Part shown: in pieces, positions 18,052 through 27,624 of the stretch
How positions within the stretch are numbered: the stretch's first letter is position 1
Layout: the number at the start of each line of letters is the position of its first letter
NCBI GenBank assembly: GCA_049513715.1
Contig: JBEKVV010000006.1
Coordinates: forward strand, 46,582-110,581
From: Candidatus Bathyarchaeia archaeon
GTDB lineage: Archaea; Thermoproteota; Bathyarchaeia; 40CM-2-53-6
Reading direction: 5' to 3'
Length of the DNA: 64,000 bases
Made by a program: the position numbers and the translations under genes
The notes under the pieces: model-generated
Database searches by the model: none
Told to the model about the DNA's origin: nothing
What the model saw: the letters and a program-made list of their open reading frames with translations, nothing else

Positions 18052-19524
18052 TTGCAAGGCTTCAGATTGATTCGTCGGTTAGTTGCACTGTTCCTACTGA
18101 TCTTGGTTCTATCGTGCTACTTTTCGGCAACGTCTGAGGCGCAAGCAGCGGCTACCGTTCCGGATATCAGCTACGTGTTCGGCTCGCCCGTCACCTTCGC
18201 GACGCACACCGAGCTCGTGGGCTATGGCTTCTCCTTTGGCCCCTCAGACGGTCAGTTCGGAGCAATCCCCGCGGGCGGCGCGAGCTACACCTTCTACGGC
18301 ACCGCCGGCTCCACGCGTTCGTGCGCCGGAACTCCAAACGTCAAGGGCGCATTTACGTTCGCGGGCACGCTTGATCATGTGACCGGAAGCAATGGCTGTA
18401 GGAGGCTGTTTGGTCATGGAGATGGCCCGGCGGGTTGGGTCTTCGACGCGGACTATGCGGGCGGCGGTCAGATCGTGCGCTTCGAGGGTGGAGGAAAGAA
18501 GGGGTGGCTGATGCCCTTCCACGGCGAGGTCTGGTGGCAGAACCCGGCGACCCCGGATCACAAATGCAACAACGTGAACTGCTTCTACTCATCGCTTGGG
18601 TTGGCGGCGTCAACCGATGACGGGAAGACCTTCAAGGTTGTGGGGCAGATCCTCCAGCCGAGCCAGCCCATGTCAGTCTTCACCGGCGGAGGCAAGAACA
18701 TGGCGGTCGGTTACGGCTCGCTGGTCGTCGCTGATGCGAACGGCAAACACCTCGACAATCCGCCAGCAGACCCTCGCCGTGCCTACTTCTATCTCTTCTA
18801 TACTGACCTCTTGCCGGGGTTGCCTGGCGTGTGCGCCAATGCGATCTGCATGGGTGCCGCGCGTGCACCGTACGCCGACGTGATAGCGGCCGCGCTCTCC
18901 AGCGACCCGCACAAAGCCGCGAAGGTGTTCCACAAGTACGACGGAGCTTCACCGAACCCTTGGACCCAGCCCGCTACCAGCGACACGCCCGACCTGTCGG
19001 GGACCGCTGGGAAGTACGCGCCTCTCTGGACCGACGAGCCCGGAGGCGCCGAAGTGATCTACGACAGCAGCTTCGATGTGTACCTAGCCGTCTACCAGTC
19101 CAGTGCCGGCATCAAGCTGCGAGCCTCAAGCGATCTGATCCATTGGTCCGGACCGATCGGCGCCCCATATCACGAGGCAGGCCGCACACTGTATTACCCG
19201 ACCCTCATGGGCGAAACCGGAGACCCAACCATCGCGGGACCGGCACCGCGAGTTTATTTCAGCAGTTTCCTCACCGGTTCATTCCCGGACTACGCAACGT
19301 CGGTCTTCGAGAGCGTCAGCTGTACGCTCTCGACCCAGACCTCGTTGACCACGACAAGTGTAAGGACTAGCGCCTCGGTGTCTAGTTTTGCAACAACATC
19401 ATCTGTTACGATGCCAAGCTTACAGTACTCTTGGCAAGGCGAGATTGGATTACTCGTGACGGCTGTTGTAGCTGGCGTTCTCGGGGGCATAATCGTTTTG
19501 AGAAAACGCGGAAGAAAGCCCTAG
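18052..19524 (+). CDS. Secreted, C-terminally anchored Asp-box/beta-propeller protein (glycosidase-like)
   Basis: Signal peptide, Asp-box STDDGKTF, SSDLIHWS, Ser/Thr linker, TM + RKRGRKP. Confidence 0.7.
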   Translation: MQGFRLIRRLVALFLLILVLSCYFSATSEAQAAATVPDISYVFGSPVTFATHTELVGYGFSFGPSDGQFGAIPAGGASYTFYGTAGSTRSCAGTPNVKGAFTFAGTLDHVTGSNGCRRLFGHGDGPAGWVFDADYAGGGQIVRFEGGGKKGWLMPFHGEVWWQNPATPDHKCNNVNCFYSSLGLAASTDDGKTFKVVGQILQPSQPMSVFTGGGKNMAVGYGSLVVADANGKHLDNPPADPRRAYFYLFYTDLLPGLPGVCANAICMGAARAPYADVIAAALSSDPHKAAKVFHKYDGASPNPWTQPATSDTPDLSGTAGKYAPLWTDEPGGAEVIYDSSFDVYLAVYQSSAGIKLRASSDLIHWSGPIGAPYHEAGRTLYYPTLMGETGDPTIAGPAPRVYFSSFLTGSFPDYATSVFESVSCTLSTQTSLTTTSVRTSASVSSFATTSSVTMPSLQYSWQGEIGLLVTAVVAGVLGGIIVLRKRGRKP

Positions 19525-19744
19525 TCTCCACGTCTCCGTCTTTCATGAGTGGGTCACGTTATGGCAAGTCTGGCCGTTGCAAATAATACCGCCGCTAGAA
19601 GTCATTGGCTGAACGTGAAGTTGCAGTATAGCTGTTCGCAGGGCGGGGGCATCGCGAGACGGAGTTCTATTTGAATGAGCCGATATCTATGAAAGACAGG
19701 CTAGAGGCCATGATGAGGTTTCGAAACTTCTTCCGATGGCAGAA

Positions 19745-19962
19745 TGTGTTGGTGTGATGGTGCGACGACGACGAAAAAACGGTAACGAGTGGTCGCGGTT
19801 TCTTGTTGCGTGGTGTGTGGTTGCTGGTGTGCTAGAATGCGCTTCAACAGATGTCAGCCGTAGGTGATCATCAGAGCTACGGTTTCAGTGTTGCAGGCGC
19901 CGTCTTGGAATACTTCCTAACAAGAAGAAGGATTCTGCGTGTGGTACTATTGGTGTGTGTGC
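19745..19962. repeat. More degenerate copies of the dispersed repeat
   Basis: TGGTGCG-ACGACGACGAAAAAACGGT (19758-19783); GTGTGG..TGGTGTG tracts at about 19810-19831 and 19938-19961. Confidence 0.5.
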
Positions 19963-20380
19963 AACAGCTGACCCATCAGAGGGGGCGTAAGTCTCCACAT
20001 GCACGATTTTGTCGTTTGGGCATCAAAACCTCGACCCACAAGAACGGGGAGTGAAACTGAGAATGAAGGGGGGGGTCCACCCTTTTGCCGAAAATGCAGC
20101 AAACTGAGAAAGCCGTATCGGACAGATGAAATGGGCCCTCTTTCTACACGAAATGGGCCTACTTCATCGGAAAGTGGTCTCTACGCATACACACCCTCAC
20201 CAGCCCAGTATCCGAAGGGAACTGTCTACGGATTGAGCTTGGCTTGTCTGCAGACTTTAGTCTACAGCAAACCCCACAGAAGTCTATGAACCTAGCAGGT
20301 TGCTTTGCACGAAAATGATGTCTAGCCTATGTTATACACTGAAGCAGAGTGGAATCCACGATCCGAACAGGTTTCGTGTT

Positions 20381-20707
20381 CTAGAATCTGAACAAGACTT
20401 TCTCGAAGTCTACGATTTTTCCGTCACTGACTTCGACATCTTCTTCTCTTAACATTCGAATCTTCTTTTCCACGGTTTTTCCGGAGGTTTTCCCTGAGAA
20501 ACCTCCAATTGACCCGTCGGATTTTACTACTCTGTGGCAGGGTACTCTTGGGGCGTAGGGATTGTGTCGACAAGCGTTCCCAACCGCTTGGTAAGCTCTG
20601 GTGTTCAGTTTCTTAGCAATCTGGCCGTAAGTCGTAACTTTACCTTTTGGGATTCTCTCCATCAGTTTCCAGACTTTCTCCTCGAACTTCAACCTGAAGG
20701 TCACCAC
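20381..20707 (-). CDS. ogt: O6-alkylguanine-DNA alkyltransferase (single-domain MGMT)
   Basis: IPKGKVTTYGQIA, AVGNA, NP..VPCHRVV active site. Confidence 0.85.
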   Translation of the reverse strand: MVTFRLKFEEKVWKLMERIPKGKVTTYGQIAKKLNTRAYQAVGNACRHNPYAPRVPCHRVVKSDGSIGGFSGKTSGKTVEKKIRMLREEDVEVSDGKIVDFEKVLFRF

Positions 20708-20912
20708 GTCTCATATGTCGATTGTTCCAAGCTAAAAGTGATAGTGGTTCTCTGAGTAGATTCTCCAGCACCTTGCAGTGCAGATGCCCGTAAAATTCTA
20801 GGGAACGCTTAAAGGCGCAGCAAATTCCCCGTACCATGATTTCGCTTGTCCGCCCCCCCATGCTGAGCCAAACATTTTCCCCGGCAACTGGACGGTTAAG
20901 ACACAACAACTG

Positions 20913-21833
20913 TTGCGCATGTACGAGCAATCTTTCGTTCAGGACTGGAACCCGGTTACCCTGTCTTGGGACTCGTTGGACCCGACGGGTTTGGATTTGA
21001 AGGAACGGGTTGCTCAGGCTTATTGGATGGCGAAGCTCGCATTATTCGAAAAATCCGGCATTGGAGCCTTCGGCACAGCTATGCTGAAAGCAGCCATGTA
21101 TGACATGGAGGACCCAACCAAGAAATTCCTAGCCGCCGTAACCTTCGACGAATGCAGGCACGACGAAGTCTGCCGCAGAGCATGCAACAAACTCTGCCCC
21201 AACTTCCCCTACAAATACAATCCCACAACCAACTTCGAAAAAAGGGCGCTGAAGAACATTCAAGCCCTGTATGAAAATGGGAAACGCTACTGGAAAGGCT
21301 TCATGATGGCCTGGGACAAATATCCTCTGGAACTGATCTTCTCAAGCTTCTTCTTCGCCGAAATCGGGGCACAATTAATCTTCAACACCGTAAGCGATCT
21401 ATCAAACATTAAACTCTACAAAGAAGCGTTTCAAAACGTCACAATCGACGAATCCCGCCACCTAGCAGGAACCATGTCTCTGCTCGATAATCTCGTGAGA
21501 GATTTCCCAGCTGAACAGAAACTAATGATAACCCGCCAGATGAAACACGGCTTCATCTTCCTCTCACCCCTACTCTACAAACCCATGTCGATATTCTGGC
21601 AACTACCAAAAGACTTTGAACAAATCGACCGAGAAATGGAAGAAGTGGCACGCAACTCGGGCCTAGGCGTCCCCACCATGGACGAAAAGTCGAAGGGCTG
21701 GTTGAAAGCAATAGAGCGACGAAGGGAACAGATCGAAAAACTAGGCGTCCTGATTCCAGCTATTCACGAAATCAACTTGGAAGGAGAAGAAGTGGACATT
21801 AGAAAAGACGAACCAGTGGCTACACCATTCTAG
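20913..21833 (+). CDS. Ferritin-like diiron carboxylate protein
   Basis: Two E...ExxH sets (LFEK..DECRH; AEIG..DESRH). Confidence 0.75.
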   Translation: MRMYEQSFVQDWNPVTLSWDSLDPTGLDLKERVAQAYWMAKLALFEKSGIGAFGTAMLKAAMYDMEDPTKKFLAAVTFDECRHDEVCRRACNKLCPNFPYKYNPTTNFEKRALKNIQALYENGKRYWKGFMMAWDKYPLELIFSSFFFAEIGAQLIFNTVSDLSNIKLYKEAFQNVTIDESRHLAGTMSLLDNLVRDFPAEQKLMITRQMKHGFIFLSPLLYKPMSIFWQLPKDFEQIDREMEEVARNSGLGVPTMDEKSKGWLKAIERRREQIEKLGVLIPAIHEINLEGEEVDIRKDEPVATPF

Positions 21834-21865
21834 GCGCTTTCTGCAAAGTACTCCTGGTAAGGCCA

Positions 21866-22672
21866 TCATTTGCCCGTGAAGACTGGTTTCCGTTTCTCGA
21901 AGAACGCTTTCACAGCTTCAATATGGTCCGAAGTTGCTCCAGCAATCTCCTGAAGATAACTCTCATACCCAAGCACCGTTTCCAAGTCTGATGATATGGA
22001 TTTGTTGAGGGCTCGCTTCGTGAGAGCGATGCCCCTAGGCGACCCTGCAGCGAATTTCGCTGCAAGCTCGCGGGCAGTGGACATCAGTTGATCCGCTGGA
22101 ACCACTTTCGAGACTATACCAAACCGTTCAGCATCTTTACTCGACAATTCGTCTCCGGAAAGCGCCAATTCCAGAGCTTTTGAGAACCCAACCAGTCGTG
22201 GAAGAAAGAAACTTGTTCCAGAATCTGGGGCAAGCCCTATCTTGACAAAGGCTTGAAAGAACTTGGCTGTGTCGGAGGCTATGCGAAGGTCGCATGAATA
22301 GGCAATCCCAGCTCCCGCACCTGCTGCAGCACCATTCACTGCTGCAATGACCGGTTTCTCCATTCCTCGGATTCGGCGAATTATCGGATTGTATTTGTAG
22401 AGAAGTCTCTCGCCGAGTTTCGGGTTCTCACCTCGCTCATACTGTCCCTTCAAGGCCTGGATGTCCTCTCCGGCACAGAACGCGCGTCCCTTTCCTGTTA
22501 TGATCAGGCATCGAATCTCAGGATCCCGCTCAGCAATCTTCAGGGCTTCTTGAAGCTCTTGCCCCATCTTCTCATTCACTGCATTGAGAACATCCGGCCT
22601 GTTGAGTGTGATCGTTGCGATGCCCTGTGACTTTTCGTAAATGATGGTCTGAGAAGTTGGCGAAGCCGTCAC
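21866..22672 (-). CDS. Enoyl-CoA hydratase/isomerase, PaaG-like
   Basis: LNRPDVLNA, FCAGED, AVNGAAAGAG, FVKIGLAPDSG. Confidence 0.85.
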   Translation of the reverse strand: MTASPTSQTIIYEKSQGIATITLNRPDVLNAVNEKMGQELQEALKIAERDPEIRCLIITGKGRAFCAGEDIQALKGQYERGENPKLGERLLYKYNPIIRRIRGMEKPVIAAVNGAAAGAGAGIAYSCDLRIASDTAKFFQAFVKIGLAPDSGTSFFLPRLVGFSKALELALSGDELSSKDAERFGIVSKVVPADQLMSTARELAAKFAAGSPRGIALTKRALNKSISSDLETVLGYESYLQEIAGATSDHIEAVKAFFEKRKPVFTGK

Positions 22673-22681
22673 ATGTCTGGC

Positions 22682-23455
22682 CTACCTTTCTTTGAAAACA
22701 GGTTTTCGTTTCTCCAGAAACGCTTTCATGCCTTCCCGGGCGTCTTCGGTGGCGAAGAGTGTGTAGAAGGCCTTCCGCTCAAAGTCCAGACCAACTTCTA
22801 GCGTTGTGTCCTGCGCATGGAGAATCGCCTCCTTTGCAGCCCTAACTGAGATGGGAGGTTTGGAGGCAATTTCGTTTGCCATCTTCTTCGCCTCATCCAT
22901 CAAGCTCTCGACTGGGACGACTCGATTTACGAGGCCGATTCTGTAAGCTTCGTCTGCAGAGATCGATTTGCCGATTAGAATCATCTCCATTGCCTTCTGC
23001 TTCCCAACAAGCCGAGGTAGTCGTTGTGTGCCACCTGCACCGGGCATTATTCCCACGTTCACTTCCGGCTGGCCGAAGCTAGCTGTCTCCGACGCGATGA
23101 TGATGTCGCAATTCATGGCCAACTCGTTTCCGCCGCCTAGGCAGTAACCGCTGACGGCCGCTATGATGGGTTTTGAAATCTTCCTGAACCTATCCCAGTA
23201 TTCGAAGCGTCTTCCCAGCAGCAGGCTTACGGGGGTTGCATCGGACATTTCCTTCAGGTCCGCGCCTGCTGCGAAAGCCTTCTCGTCACCGGTGAGCACG
23301 ACAACGTAGACACTGTGGTCCTTGTCCAAGTCTTCCAAAGCTTCAACAAGTTCGCGCACCATGTCTAAACTAAGCGCGTTGAGAACTTTGGGCCGGTTCA
23401 GTCTTACTATTCCGATGGGTCCCTCTTTACTTGCGAGTATGTGTTGATAATTCAA
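22682..23455 (-). CDS. Enoyl-CoA hydratase, PaaF-like
   Basis: FAAGADL, GGGNELA, FGQPEVNVGIMPGAGGTQRL. Confidence 0.88.
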   Translation of the reverse strand: MNYQHILASKEGPIGIVRLNRPKVLNALSLDMVRELVEALEDLDKDHSVYVVVLTGDEKAFAAGADLKEMSDATPVSLLLGRRFEYWDRFRKISKPIIAAVSGYCLGGGNELAMNCDIIIASETASFGQPEVNVGIMPGAGGTQRLPRLVGKQKAMEMILIGKSISADEAYRIGLVNRVVPVESLMDEAKKMANEIASKPPISVRAAKEAILHAQDTTLEVGLDFERKAFYTLFATEDAREGMKAFLEKRKPVFKER

Positions 23456-23511
23456 ACCTTACGCCGGACACATGGTCGTCGCTTATTGAACTTAAGCTTC
23501 ACCGAAAACAG

Positions 23512-24510
23512 TCACGCAGTGCTAGCGGACCCGCGTGTGAGTTCAATCCAGCTTGGAACGTTGTTGAGGCTTTGTGCCGCCTTCACGCTTCTGACAACGG
23601 CTCGTGCAACGCAACGAGTTGCCGTGTAACCCAAAATGTCCACCATGCGTTTGGATTCGCGCACTCCCGCAATCTTTGCCGTGGAGGCGGCGAAGAGCGT
23701 GTCCCCGTCCCGAGACATATGGACCGGCCTAACCGACATCGCCAACCCATCATGGGCCATTTGCGCAATTCGAATCATGCCTTCATGTGATATGTCCACG
23801 TTGGTCGCAACGATACCTATCGTGGTTTTGCTTCGCGGGATCTCTTCACGCAAATATTCCGGAATAACGTCGTCGAGTTCGAGAAATCCTCCGCCGGCAT
23901 TTCGGGTTCCAACCACAATCTTACCGTCAGCATCAAGGTCGTATATGTTTCCAACCGAGTTGGTAATGATCAAAGCCCCTACTACGATGTCGTTCGGCAA
24001 GTGCGCGGCGTAGGATCCGCAGCCGCCTTTGCACGCGAAATTCAATCCCTTCAACTTGCCAACGGTCGCTCCTTTTCCCGCACCCACGTTACCCTCAGCT
24101 ACTGGGTCGGAGGACGCGTTCAGACCTGCGGAGTAGCCTAGGTCGGGGTAGTTTGCCTCATGTATGTTTGCGAATTCCAGGTCCCAAATGTTCGCGCCCA
24201 GTATGCCCGGAACTTTTCCCGCACCGCCAAGTGCTGCCAATTTCTTTTCGATGAGGAATCTTCTTACACCCATTGCTGTGTCAAGACCAAAGATATCCCC
24301 ACCAGTCAAGAACACCGCGTGTTTCTTGACGTACGTTTTTCCCACGTCGACTGAGTGGGTGTCGTAGGTTCCAGGCCAACCACCTCGCGGGTCGCATCCA
24401 ACATCTGCTTCAGATTCGAAGAGGATTACGGTGCAACCAGTGCGGGCGTGGTCGCTGTGGGCGTGACCAACCTTCACTCCGTCAACAGCTGTCAGTGTCT
24501 CGTTCGTCAA
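23512..24510 (-). CDS. P1/S58 family (DmpA-like) peptidase
   Basis: VKVGH, TGCTVI, EGNVGAGKG, TTIGIVATN, AHDGLA, DGDTLF. Confidence 0.85.
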   Translation of the reverse strand: MTNETLTAVDGVKVGHAHSDHARTGCTVILFESEADVGCDPRGGWPGTYDTHSVDVGKTYVKKHAVFLTGGDIFGLDTAMGVRRFLIEKKLAALGGAGKVPGILGANIWDLEFANIHEANYPDLGYSAGLNASSDPVAEGNVGAGKGATVGKLKGLNFACKGGCGSYAAHLPNDIVVGALIITNSVGNIYDLDADGKIVVGTRNAGGGFLELDDVIPEYLREEIPRSKTTIGIVATNVDISHEGMIRIAQMAHDGLAMSVRPVHMSRDGDTLFAASTAKIAGVRESKRMVDILGYTATRCVARAVVRSVKAAQSLNNVPSWIELTRGSASTA

Positions 24511-24644
24511 TGCAGTGTCGCCGCCACTGCCTGCTGAAGGGCAGACTTAACGTTTCGCGCGTGTTCGCGTTGTCCAAAAGGTGCCAACACTAGAAAGCGA
24601 GTTCTCCTTCGCCCCTGTATTCCTGCACAGGGTTAGCGCCGTCT

Positions 24645-24676
24645 TCTAGGGAGTCATGTAGGAAATGACTCCTAGA
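24645..24676. other. Intergenic stem-loop
   Basis: TCTAGGGAGTCAT-N7-ATGACTCCTAGA (one bulged G) just downstream of the ALDH stop; possible terminator or processing hairpin. Confidence 0.55.
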
Positions 24677-24704
24677 TGACTACACGGGTGTCGTGAGTTT
24701 TGGG

Positions 24705-26021
24705 TTAGTTCACCCAGACTGTTCTCTTAGCTGTGAATTCAAGCAACCCGTAGCGAGATAGCTCTGATCCAATTCCGCTCTTCTTCACGCCTCCGAACGG
24801 TAGACGTGGGTCTGAAGCGACTACTTTGTTTATGAAGACCAAGCCAGCTTCGATGTATGGAACGAGTTTCTCCGCCTTCTCTGCCTCCCCCCACATCGAA
24901 GCGCCTAAGCCGAACGGTGTCTCATTTGCGATTCTGACAGCCTCTTCAGTGGTCTTGAATTTCTTGAGCACTGCGACCGGCCCGAATACTTCTTCATCGA
25001 ATAGGGGTTCAATCCTTGCCACGGTTGGCGGAATGAAGTTCCCTTTGAGTCCTTGTGCGAGTTCTTCTACTGGGCCCATTGTTTTGAGTTTCTTGATTTG
25101 CTCAGCCACTGTGTCTTTTTGTTCTTTGCTGGATAGTGGTCCTAGGAACGTGTTGGTGTCGAGGGGGTCGCCGATTTTGACTTTGGAGAATTCTTCTTTC
25201 ATTCCTTTGTAGAACTGTTCGAACACACTCTCGTGAACGATGAATCTTTTGGAAGCGATGCACGATTGACCGTTGTTCTGCATTCGTGCGTAAACGCAGT
25301 TCTTAATCGCTTGGTCAAGGTTCGAGCCGTCGAGAACAATGTACGGATCTGATCCGCCGAGCTCGAGCACTACTTTCTTGAGGTGTTTTCCTGCCTCTCC
25401 GGCTACCATTTCGCCAACTTCAGTGGATCCCGTCAATGAAACACCATCGGAGTACTTGATCGCCTCCAATGCTACCGGCCCGCGAGCAACCGTCGATTTG
25501 AAGACGTCCACGTCGAAGATTTCCTGCATCTTGAGGCTGGTGCCGGTGACTATTGATGCGTGTTTGAGGAGGACGGCGTTGCCTGCTGCTAGGGCTGGAA
25601 TCGCTGCACGTATGAATTGCCATGCGGGGAAATTCCATGGCATTATCAGAAAGACTACTCCGAGTGGGTCGAACCTGATATAGCTTTTCTTGGCCTCAGT
25701 TTTCACGTGCTCGGGCGCCAACATCTTTTCCGCGTTTTCTACAATGTAATCGGTTGTCCAAATGCACTTCTTGAGTTCGGCTTCGCTCTGAGTTACGGGT
25801 TTTCCCATCTCAGTACTCATCAGTTGAGCGAGTTCCTTTGAGTTGGCTTCGAATCTCTTTCTTACTTCCTTGAGCTGCCGCAGTCTCTCGTCGATGTCGA
25901 GCCTCCATTGCTGCTGAGCTTTCCTTAAGCCAGCGATTTTCGTTTTGATGTCTTCGATGGACTCTTCCTTGTATTCGTGTAGCATCTTTTCTGTGTAAGG
26001 ATTCGTCGTTTTGACGGTCAT
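24705..26021 (-). CDS. NAD(P)-dependent aldehyde dehydrogenase (succinate-semialdehyde dehydrogenase-like)
   Basis: IMPWNFP, LKHAS, LTGS, LELGGSD, GQSCIA, EEVFGPV, PFGGVKKSG. Confidence 0.9.
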   Translation of the reverse strand: MTVKTTNPYTEKMLHEYKEESIEDIKTKIAGLRKAQQQWRLDIDERLRQLKEVRKRFEANSKELAQLMSTEMGKPVTQSEAELKKCIWTTDYIVENAEKMLAPEHVKTEAKKSYIRFDPLGVVFLIMPWNFPAWQFIRAAIPALAAGNAVLLKHASIVTGTSLKMQEIFDVDVFKSTVARGPVALEAIKYSDGVSLTGSTEVGEMVAGEAGKHLKKVVLELGGSDPYIVLDGSNLDQAIKNCVYARMQNNGQSCIASKRFIVHESVFEQFYKGMKEEFSKVKIGDPLDTNTFLGPLSSKEQKDTVAEQIKKLKTMGPVEELAQGLKGNFIPPTVARIEPLFDEEVFGPVAVLKKFKTTEEAVRIANETPFGLGASMWGEAEKAEKLVPYIEAGLVFINKVVASDPRLPFGGVKKSGIGSELSRYGLLEFTAKRTVWVN

Positions 26022-26056
26022 CTCAGATCACCGTCTATTCCGAGGTCAAGCGAGGT

Positions 26057-27421
26057 TCAGATTGACTTTACCGCTTTCTCGTAGACGTTGAGTCCCTTTT
26101 GCATCAAATTCTCGCTGATGATAAGCGGAGCCATGAATCTCATTACATTCCCGAAGTGGCCGCATGTGTGCATTAGCAATCCGTTCTCGAACATTGTTTT
26201 CCGAAGTCGCACCGCCAAATCCTTCGCGGGTACCTTGCTGTCCTTTGATCCCACGATTTCATTGCCGATCATGAATCCTATTCCTCTGACCTCTCCGACA
26301 TTCTTGCTGGCATTGGCAATTCGTTCAAATTCCGACTTCGCCTTCGCACCTTGCTTCTCAGCTTTGCTGAGTAGGTTCTCTTGTTTGATGTAGTCGATGG
26401 TTGCTGCTCCCGCTGCCATGGCGAGAGGGTTTCCGCGATAAGTGCCGAGATGGAATCCATCTGGAAGATTCTGATCGTATTCTTCGCGGTAGGTAATTAG
26501 TGAGAGTGGTAATCCGGCCCCGACAGATTTTGAGATGCACATTATGTCCGGGGAAGTGTTTGTTACTTCACAGCCCCAGAATTTTCCTGTTCTTCCGAAT
26601 CCGGTTTGCACTTCATCAATGATGAGCGGGATTTGGTACTTGTCCGCTAATTCCCTTAATCCTGGAAGGAAGTCGCTTGGTGGAATAATGTAGCCTCCCT
26701 CACCTTGGATTGGTTCAACCAATATGCCCGCGGGCATGTCGAGGCCCGAGTGTTCGTCAGATAGCAGATTCTCTAGGTACCTAAGGATCACTTTGCCCTC
26801 GTCTCCTTTGTGCTCGACTGGAAACGGAAAGCGGTAGGAATAGGGGAAGGGCATGTGGAAGACTCCGTGCCTAACAGTTCCCGAGCTTTTCAGATATCCT
26901 CGGCTGGCTGTGAGGCTCACGATGCCCTGGTGTATGCCATGATATGATCCTCCGAATGCGACGATCGTGCTTCTTCCCGTGACATGTTTTGCTAGGCTGA
27001 TCGCCGCTTCACACGCGTCTCCTCCAGTAACCGTTATGAGCGCTTTCGAGTGGCCTCGCAATTTCCCTGGGAGAACAGAGTTCACCTTCTCAAGAAATTG
27101 AATTCTAATCTCAGTGGGGATTTCAAGCGCATGCCAGATTCGGTCCATCTGAGCTTTGACAGCCGCGGTCACAGCTGGGTTGTTGTGTCCGACGTTTAGG
27201 ACACAAATGCCGCTCAACCAGTCAATGAACGTGTTACCATCAACATCTTTGATGGTTGCCCCTCGAGCTGAATCAATCGCGAACGGGAAAGCCTTGCTGT
27301 AAATCACGGCTCGGGTTTCAAATTGCGATTGTTTCGAGAGGAGTTGTTTCGATTTTGGCCCAGGCGGTGTTACAAGTATCCGGGGCGCGTCTTCGTCACT
27401 TAATTCCTGAATAGTCACCAA
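26057..27421 (-). CDS. Class III aminotransferase (4-aminobutyrate/diaminobutyrate-type)
   Basis: DVDGNTFID, EPIQGEGG, DEVQTGFGRTG, SKSVGAG, GTYRGNP. Confidence 0.88.
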   Translation of the reverse strand: MVTIQELSDEDAPRILVTPPGPKSKQLLSKQSQFETRAVIYSKAFPFAIDSARGATIKDVDGNTFIDWLSGICVLNVGHNNPAVTAAVKAQMDRIWHALEIPTEIRIQFLEKVNSVLPGKLRGHSKALITVTGGDACEAAISLAKHVTGRSTIVAFGGSYHGIHQGIVSLTASRGYLKSSGTVRHGVFHMPFPYSYRFPFPVEHKGDEGKVILRYLENLLSDEHSGLDMPAGILVEPIQGEGGYIIPPSDFLPGLRELADKYQIPLIIDEVQTGFGRTGKFWGCEVTNTSPDIMCISKSVGAGLPLSLITYREEYDQNLPDGFHLGTYRGNPLAMAAGAATIDYIKQENLLSKAEKQGAKAKSEFERIANASKNVGEVRGIGFMIGNEIVGSKDSKVPAKDLAVRLRKTMFENGLLMHTCGHFGNVMRFMAPLIISENLMQKGLNVYEKAVKSI

Positions 27422-27624
27422 GACAAACCCTCACGAGAATGAGCGAAAACGTATCAAACGGGGTTATATGATTAAGGGATGACTATCGCCCGCAACTATC
27501 ACGGCGTAAATTAGGTCGCTGTGCGGGAAATCTAAGATAGCTCGCATTTCCTCTGGCGAGTGGCCTGATGCAAAGCCTTAACTTTCAACAACTTGAGCAT
27601 TCCCAAATCGTGGCCGGGTCCGCA

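Noticed and set aside
8595..19962. CRISPR array interpretation of the dispersed repeats
   Set aside because: Copies are degenerate, in both orientations and separated by whole genes; there is no run of identical repeats with unique spacers and no cas genes.
19851..20289. ORFs 19851..20054 and 19999..20289
   Set aside because: Low-complexity translations overlapping repeat-rich DNA; probably spurious.
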